A stretch of DNA of 63,771 nucleotides, the filler included. It is 14 parts of 14 records of this genome, joined end to end, with 100 filler letters (N's around TTAATTAATTAA, not from the genome) between each part and the next. Parts side by side here need not be neighbours in the genome. Positions count along the whole stretch, not along the records: positions 56,917 to 60,320 come from SRR15195285_9411; positions 60,421 to 63,771 come from SRR15195285_9448; 12 more parts are not named here. One strand, written 5' to 3'. The notes under the pieces are model-generated. The model saw only the letters and a program-made list of their open reading frames with translations. It did not search any database and had not been told where the DNA came from. This document shows, piece by piece, positions 57,264-63,771 of the stretch (positions within the stretch are counted from its first letter, which is position 1; each line of letters starts with the position of its first letter). Made by a program: the position numbers and the translations under genes.

Positions 57264-58683
57264 ATGGCAGCAGGCCCGCTCGCGCCGCTGGTGGCTCTGC
57301 TGCTGCTGGGTCTCCTCGGCACTCCCATAGTTTACGCTGCGAGGATCATCGTCTCCGGCGAGCGGTGGAGCGACACTGCGGGCGCACCCATCGAAGCGCA
57401 CGGCGGCTCGATCTGGCAGGATGCGACAACGAAGCTCTACCACTGGGTCGGTGAAACGCGCAAGGGTACGCCTCCGCAGCGGAACGAGGGCGTTGGCCTA
57501 TACTCTTCGCCCGACCTCGTGTCCTGGACAAACCACGGCAACGTGCTGCCAATGGCCGAGATCCAAGCCGTCACGAGCAAGGACTCAGCGTGGCGAGCAG
57601 TTGGTGGCGTGGCAATCATCGAGCGCCCAAAGCTCGCATACAACGCGCCCACACAGAAGTGGGTGCTTTATACCCACCTCGCCGATAAGACGTACGAAAA
57701 GTATGCAGCGCTGGGAGTCGCTACGGCCGATACAGTGACCGGTCCGTACACGTTCCTCCACACGCTCGAGCCATTTGGCGGTACCGAGCACGACCTTGGC
57801 ATGTTCCGCGACACCAATGGCACTGTTTTCCTACTATGTGGCACCCACCTGCCTGGTGTGGACGTCGGTATTGCGGCAATGTCCGAGGACTACACAACGA
57901 TTTCAACCCAGAAGCCAGTCTCCGCCCTCGCTGGCAGCCTGGAGGCGCCAGCGATGGCGCGTGGCCCAGACGGCGCGCTCTACTTCGCGCTCTCGCTGAA
58001 GACTGGCTACCGCAATAACGCGGGGGCACAGTACACCTCCACCAATGGATTACCCGGCCCGTGGACTCACAACGGCGCCATCTCACAGACATCGAACTCA
58101 ACGTTTGAATCACAGTCGACGTATATGCTCGAGCTGACTGCCGCCGACGGCAGCTCCAAGTGGATGTACATGGGCGATCGATGGCTCAACCCCAGCATCG
58201 CTCATGCCGCGTACGTGTGGGCCCCTGCACTGATGACGAAGACTCACATGCTGGACATCCAGTTTCATGAATCCTGGGACCTCGACAAGTACCTGAACTC
58301 TGATTTCTACGAGACGCTATCAGCAGTTGTGCAGCCAGCAGCAGCCACCCAACGGCGGCAGCTGCGAACCTGCCCCCAGCGCATTCCAAAGCCTGTTTAA
58401 CTTGGAGTGTGGCAATGCCCGGAAAGCCAGCAAGGGCGACTGTTTGCAGTGCCTCAGTAGTCAGGCGAGCTTTTCTGGGTACACTCGTGATTGTGCCTCT
58501 ACATTCGACGCCTGGTGTACGGGCACTCCACCGCCACCGCCGCCACCAGAAGTTTGCGATTGTGGGTATTACCGGGACGGTACTGGGTGTTCTCAAAGCG
58601 GTGGAGGGTGTGGTTGCATGGGCACGGGCTACTGTAATGTTGGTGGTCACTGCAAAAAGGTCGGGACATGCCCTGGTCATTGA
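57264..58683 (+). CDS. Secreted GH43_24-type exo-beta-1,3-galactanase-like enzyme with a Cys-rich C-terminal module; probable 46-nt intron 58289..58334
   Basis: WSDTAGAPIEAHGG, YHWVGE, YSSPDLVSW, IIERPKLAYN..TQKWVLY, GPY, DLGMFRD, LEAPAM, TFESQST, MYMGDRW. Confidence 0.85.
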
Positions 58684-58831
58684 GATCATAGATTCTGACA
58701 TTGCGAACAACTATGAATGTAGTTGAAACTAATGGCTAAATTTGTGAGCTATCCTGAATCAGTTGTTTGCTCCAGCACGTGTGCAATCATCACTAAGCAT
58801 CCTAAGCTGGCCCAGTTACGCTTCCTTGCCT

Positions 58832-60244
58832 TCAAAGCTTCGCAGCGGTGGCTGCTGGAGCAACGCCATCGTCGAGCAAGGGACATTTGCGGACCTGTTC
58901 GGACCAGTCAGACCTGCACAACACAGCGCATTAGATGGCATTGTAGTTGGACGGCCTGAGCTCCGACAGCATGCACAGGTGCGCGGCGGTAGAGGTGTGG
59001 TAGGCTGAAGGCATCTGCAGAAGAAAAACAACAGAAGTCGCCGACGGTGACAGGACGCACCACATGTCCGGTAGGTTGCCTCGCTGGACTTCCGCCAGGA
59101 CAGAGTTGTCAATCGTAGGGTCTTCTGTTTTGTAGTACTCGTATATCACGCCGCTACGGATACCGGTGCCACTGTTGCGTCCTGCGGAGTGCACTAACCG
59201 CGAGTGCCAGAAGATCACGGAGCCGGCAGGGGCATGGCACTCCACCGGCTCTGTGTCCGCAATGATGCGCTTCAGCTCCTCATCGTACTCGGGGTTGCCC
59301 ACACGCTTCTACACGAATATGCGCACGCGACGGAAGTGGGAATCAGCCGCTGCCTCGAGCAGTGCCCAGCGGGCAGCACAACGCAAAGGACGCTGCTGCG
59401 TGTTTCGCGCACCATTCCGGGCGGTGCGTTGCGTTTGTCCTGAGCGCTCTGCTCCTCGCCAGGTTCACAGGGTATGAATGACGTCTTGCGCAGTGGGCTG
59501 ATGCGAATATGCGAACCCGGCCAAATGGTAAATGCTCCACCCCCTGGCGGCACATCATCCAGCGTGGTGTTGACACTGACCCGCCAGCGATCGCCGTCCC
59601 ATCCATCGACGTGGCCTCCACTTGCACTCCGGGAACGCAACTCCTCGCGCTCCTCGTCAGTCAAGCGGGGCGGGAAATTGGCGTACACGCCTCGGCAGGC
59701 CTGCCCTGGGCTGCCGATCCCCTGTGCGTTCGCGCCAGGATGCGCGAAGTTCCACTCTGACTGCGTCTCCCCGGCCGGATAGACGAGTGTGCCTTCACCA
59801 CACAACTGCTCAGCCGCGCCCCAGCACGCACGTGGCAGCATATCGAGAAACACATCGGTGCCACCCACCTCGCGACAGCCCCAGTGCAGGCCCCCAGCTT
59901 TGTTCGACTCTGTCCCTGTGCGCTGCAGCTCCTCGGCGTCCTGTGGGAGGGGGGCACGCACACACGCTGTAAGGTCGTAGTTATATGCGTGCACAATCGC
60001 TACCGTGAATACGCTAGGCGTCTAGGCAGTAGTGCGAACGGATGTGCACCGGGCCATCGAAGCCACCGATCCAGCTCTCAGGGTCGTCAGCCCTGACATA
60101 CGCGGAGGGGCACTTCGACCACCACAGCTCGCGCGCCGTGGCAACGAGGTCTGGATCCAGCACGCTCTCTTTCACGAGGTAGCCGTAGGTTTTGAAGAAC
60201 GCCACCTCCTCGTCCGACAGCCGCTCGACCCCGAAGCCACCCAT
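58832..60244 (-). CDS. Phytanoyl-CoA dioxygenase (PhyH)-like Fe(II)/2OG dioxygenase; predicted C-terminal PTS1 (-AKL); three introns
   Basis: LSDEEVAFFKTYGYLV, HVDG (HxD), DVPPGGGAFTIWPGSH, AGSVIFWHSRLVHSAGRN..R. The last exon 58913..58832 reads WSDWSEQVRK...AATAAKL*. Confidence 0.82.
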
Positions 60245-60420
60245 GCTCCCAAGGCACACGCAGCACGCAGTCGGCGACGGCCACAGGAAATCATCACAGT
60301 AAAACTCGTGTTCATTTCTGNNNNNNNNNNNNNNNNNNNNNNNNNNNNNNNNNNNNNNNNNNNNTTAATTAATTAANNNNNNNNNNNNNNNNNNNNNNNN
60401 NNNNNNNNNNNNNNNNNNNN

Positions 60421-60446
60421 TCTCTCTCTCTCTCTCTCTCTCTCTC
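60421..60446. repeat. (TC)13 microsatellite at the contig start
   Basis: tctctctctctctctctctctctctc. Confidence 0.95.
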
Positions 60447-60551
60447 GGTGCACGCCGCTGCCACGCGGCTGTGTGGTACCGCCTCCAGGCGCGCGTATTT
60501 GCGTGCGCTGCGTCTACTCTGACGATTGGTGGATTATTTTTCATGTGACAG

Positions 60552-63500
60552 GTGCACGACGACTTCGCTCACATCGACGAGCGCCACAAGGACGATCACC
60601 ACGACGACGTCAACGACCACCTGATGCGCATCCGGCAGCGCAATAGTGTTCCGCATCCGCCGATCCCACCGCCCTCTCCGCCGCGGACAATCGTCGTGCC
60701 CGACCCGCGCCTCGAAGAGGACCTGCGGACGATGCAGGAGCGGCTGGCCGAAGAGCACCGCGCGCGAGAGGACGAGCGCCGCCGCGCAGAAGAGCTGCTG
60801 AGGGCGCTCGACCGCCAGCGGCCGGACACCGAGCGCCAACGGATAGAGAACGAGGAGCTCCAGAGCAAGCTGCGCAGCGAGCACCGGATAGCGGAGGAGG
60901 TCAAGTCCGAAAAGGACCAGCTCCGGCAGCAGGTGGCAGAGCTCGAGGTCAGCCTCGCCGACGCCCGCGCCGCCGCGAACGAAGCACCCGCGCTGCGGCG
61001 GCGGCTTGCCAGCCTGGAGTCCGACCTGGCCACCGAACGATCTGCGCGTAAGCAGGCCGAGCTGCAGTGGTCAGACCAGCTCTCCGCGCACAAGGAGCGG
61101 TTGACCCATAGTATCGAGTCGAACCAGCGCACGCTGGCGGAGAGGGAAGCCCACCTGGAGGCTGAGGCAAAACGCCTGCAGGTCGAGCTGCAGAAGACGA
61201 CGGATGCGTGCCGCATCGAGCGGGCCGAGCACGCGGATCGTGAAATGGAGTGGAACGCCCAGATGGCGGATGCCCGGGCACAGCTGACGCTTTCCCTCCA
61301 AAAGGAGCACAGCGCAGCTCAGGCGAGAGAGCTGGAGCTGCAAAAGGAGAACAACGAGTTGAAGGATCGTATCGACCAGCTTACACGGGCGGAAGCAACG
61401 TACCAAGAAATGATGTCTGGTCACCAGCAACGCTTCGCAAGGAGTATCGAAGAGGTGCAAACCGCGTCAGCGTCGACAATTGAGGAACTGACTACCCAGG
61501 TGGCCAACTTGTCGGAAGCTATGGAGACGAGTGCAGCGGAGCTGCGTGCAGAACGCGAAGCGGCATCGAATGCTAACGCAGAGAGCGGCGCTACCATCAG
61601 GCGCCTCACAACTGAGGCAAAGCGCAGTCAACACGAGTACGAGTTGCAGCTCCAAAAAGCCAGGGCTGACGTGTTGCATGATGTAGAGAAGTTACAGGCA
61701 CAATGGACGAAAGAGTTTCGAAAAAAGAACCGCGATGGAGATATGATGACGCGCCTCGCTGAGTTCAGGAAGACGAAGGCGAAGAAAAAGGACTTGTTCT
61801 TACACTGGAAAGAGAGAATACTCCAGGTACGAAAGATGAGACATGTTGTGCGAAGGTTGCTAAAGATGCGGCTTCATGCTGGTTTCACAAGATTTGTTGA
61901 GCTGGTGAAAACTGAGAGGCGTCTTCGAGCAGCAACGGTCAAAGTGATCCATCGCATGCAGAAAAACCAGCTGATCAAAGTGTGGAACGGGTGGAGACGG
62001 GGCAACTTGCGGAAGGCTGCTATGGGTAGGGCCATGGCTCGTATTGTTCAATCGATACAAGTGAAGGCGTGGCACAGCTGGGTTGACAGCGTCCAAACTT
62101 CCAGGCGTCTCAGGAGGATTGTTTCAAGGCTGCAGAACGCTCAGACTCGGACTGCATTTGATGTGTTCGTCGACGTTGTGCAATGTCTGCGCTCTGACAA
62201 GCAGAGGTTTGACCACATCATGTCAAAGGTAAGCAGAAGAATGATGAATCGCAGCTTGGTGGCTGCCATTAGGAAATGGCACGACTTTCTTGCACAGCGC
62301 CAGGGGCTCAGACGGCTGATGAAGCGTGTCGTGCACTCACATTTGATCTACGCATGGAACGCGCTGGTGGATATTGTGGTCATCAAAAAACAGCAGAAGA
62401 AGGAGCAGGACGTGATCGTACGACGAGCTTTACAGCGGCTCATGAACGGCTGCTTAGTGGCCGCGTTTGTGGCCCTGAAGGAGCACAGACGACAGGCTGG
62501 TGTCTTGCGTAGAGTGCTCATGCGCAATCAGAACCAACTGTTGTACTCTGCGTTCGCTTCCTTCAGCGATATCGTTCGTGGCAAAGTTGTGCAGAAAACA
62601 CGCGAGATGGTAGTCATCGTGAGACTCGAACGAATCATCTCGCAGAGATTGCTCAGAACTGCTATCGACAATTTTCGAGAAAACAGGCGGCTGATGCAAT
62701 TGATGAAGCGCGTGTTGGCCAGTTTTAGCAAGCGCGCCTTGATGGCAGCGTTCAACCAATGGAGTGAGTCTACTGTTGAGCAGGTGCGTACCAAGGTAAT
62801 CATCGAACGGATCGCTCATCGCTGGATGAACGCCACTGTGATGATGGCAATGGACGGCTGGAAGGATTATGTAGCCACTATCTGCTCAGTTCGCAAGCTG
62901 GTACGGCGAATGCTCAATAATCACATCGCAGCAGCCTACACTATGTGGATAGAATACGTGAACATTTGCAAGCACGACCGTGCACAGGAAAAGTTGCAGG
63001 AAGCCCTCAGTCAAATCAACGCCCAGCAGTCGGCAGCTGCCGCTCGGATCATGAAGCGACTGATGAATGCAAGTATGGCCAATTGTTTTATTGCATGGAA
63101 GGAGCACTGTGAACAATTTCGGCTGGTAAAGCAGCTGCTGGGAAAGAGTCTGCGCAAGTCGTCTAGTAACCTGCGGAGTTCCATATTCTGTGCGTGGGCC
63201 AGCCAAGTGAAGACATGGAAGATGGAGGCCATTGGCTTGAGCAAGGTAGTAATGCGGCTGAAGATGAACGCAGTCGTAGGTGCATGGGACCGCTGGAGTA
63301 CCCTTGTCAAGCAAAAGAAAAGTACACGAAAGATCATCGGCCGCATTGTACTCAGGGCTCAGGCCATTGCTTTCGATACATGGGCTGAGGCTGTCGTGAT
63401 TTTAATCCAAGAGAAGGTGAAAATTGCTCGTTCACTGGCACGGATCTTTCAAAGCGCGTTGGCACAGTCATTTGCTGGGTGGGCTGACAACGTGCAAGAG

Positions 63501-63771
63501 AGGGTGCGTACCAGGGCGCTGCTCAAGCGGGTCGCTGCTCGGTTCAAAATGGCGGCGGTAAGTGCGGCGTTTGGATCATGGATAGAAAAGACGGCAACGA
63601 AGCAACAGCAGCGAGTAATCATATCCCGCGTAGCCGCTAGATTCCGCAATGCAACAGTTGCCAGTGCTTTCACTGCGTGGGCAGATATGGTTGTTGAGCA
63701 GACGTACCAGAGAAACGTCATTCAGAAGATTATGAACCGTATGTTGAATGCCACGATGGGAGCTGCTTTCC
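60552..63771 (+). CDS. Coiled-coil + Sfi1-like Trp-repeat protein (putative centrin-binding fibre protein); internal exon open to the window end and absent from the ORF track
   Basis: After the acceptor GACAG the frame reads VHDDFAH...PPIPPPSPPR, then an E/Q/R-rich coiled coil, then ~26-35-aa repeats such as KVIHRMQKNQLIKVWNGW, RIVQSIQVKAWHSW, RVAARFKMAAVSAAFGSW and RVAARFRNATVASAFTAW. I saw no stop in the stretches I translated. Confidence 0.75.
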   Translation, partial: MHDDFAHIDERHKDDHHDDVNDHLMRIRQRNSVPHPPIPPPSPPRTIVVPDPRLEEDLRTMQERLAEEHRAREDERRRAEELLRALDRQRPDTERQRIENEELQSKLRSEHRIAEEVKSEKDQLRQQVAELEVSLADARAAANEAPALRRRLASLESDLATERSARKQAELQWSDQLSAHKERLTHSIESNQRTLAEREAHLEAEAKRLQVELQKTTDACRIERAEHADREMEWNAQMADARAQLTLSLQKEHSAAQARELELQKENNELKDRIDQLTRAEATYQEMMSGHQQRFARSIEEVQTASASTIEELTTQVANLSEAMETSAAELRAEREAASNANAESGATIRRLTTEAKRSQHEYELQLQKARADVLHDVEKLQAQWTKEFRKKNRDGDMMTRLAEFRKTKAKKKDLFLHWKERILQVRKMRHVVRRLLKMRLHAGFTRFVELVKTERRLRAATVKVIHRMQKNQLIKVWNGWRRGNLRKAAMGRAMARIVQSIQVKAWHSWVDSVQTSRRLRRIVSRLQNAQTRTAFDVFVDVVQCLRSDKQRFDHIMSKVSRRMMNRSLVAAIRKWHDFLAQRQGLRRLMKRVVHSHLIYAWNALVDIVVIKKQQKKEQDVIVRRALQRLMNGCLVAAFVALKEHRRQAGVLRRVLMRNQNQLLYSAFASFSDIVRGKVVQKTREMVVIVRLERIISQRLLRTAIDNFRENRRLMQLMKRVLASFSKRALMAAFNQWSESTVEQVRTKVIIERIAHRWMNATVMMAMDGWKDYVATICSVRKLVRRMLNNHIAAAYTMWIEYVNICKHDRAQEKLQEALSQINAQQSAAAARIMKRLMNASMANCFIAWKEHCEQFRLVKQLLGKSLRKSSSNLRSSIFCAWASQVKTWKMEAIGLSKVVMRLKMNAVVGAWDRWSTLVKQKKSTRKIIGRIVLRAQAIAFDTWAEAVVILIQEKVKIARSLARIFQSALAQSFAGWADNVQERVRTRALLKRVAARFKMAAVSAAFGSWIEKTATKQQQRVIISRVAARFRNATVASAFTAWADMVVEQTYQRNVIQKIMNRMLNATMGAAF

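Noticed and set aside
1085-59060. Introner-like repeated introns
   Set aside because: The introns I compared share only splice-site consensus; I saw no extended similarity or terminal repeats.
5170-60420. Thirteen regularly recurring TTAATTAATTAA motifs as a repeat family or CRISPR-like array
   Set aside because: Each is flanked by exactly 44 N on both sides. It is an artificial six-frame-stop linker.
60534-63721. Minus-strand ORFs listed over the last contig, and antisense ORFs over POLQ and VPS13
   Set aside because: These are shadows of long coding frames on the opposite strand in GC-rich DNA.
1-63771. tRNA, rRNA or CRISPR features
   Set aside because: None recognised by eye; a tRNAscan-SE/Infernal run would be needed to exclude small RNAs.

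Overview
This is not a contiguous locus. It is 14 short eukaryotic contigs (about 3-7 kb each) joined by 13 artificial 100-nt spacers (44 N + TTAATTAATTAA + 44 N), so gene neighbourhood means something only within a contig. The DNA is GC-rich and gene-dense, with short GT-AG spliceosomal introns (46-207 nt where I traced them), many (EP)n low-complexity repeats and a large secreted CAZyme/sulfatase repertoire. That fits a marine heterotrophic protist MAG/SAG; Picozoa is a guess from memory, not a result. Housekeeping genes include RRP42, YchF/OLA1, ERI exonuclease, DNA polymerase theta, VPS13-like, a TPK-type K+ channel, SLC35A, EamA, a PhyH-like dioxygenase and an Sfi1-like repeat protein. 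Two findings stand out. (1) A spliced, secreted ~1146-aa polyprotein (51578->47930) joins an aldo-keto reductase, a PAN/apple module, a GH117/GH43-like beta-propeller and a GH82 iota-carrageenase-like beta-helix, so it is a candidate single-chain carrageenan-degrading system in a eukaryote. (2) A 948-aa aspartokinase::aspartate-semialdehyde dehydrogenase fusion (26884-30139) is built from two bacterial-type halves and carries three introns. Also notable: a kinase with a FYVE finger inside its N-lobe, a contig bounded by a perfect 30-bp inverted repeat and encoding a GERD-repeat protein, and a recurring (CG)n tract upstream of start codons. All family assignments come from motif recognition; no database search was run.
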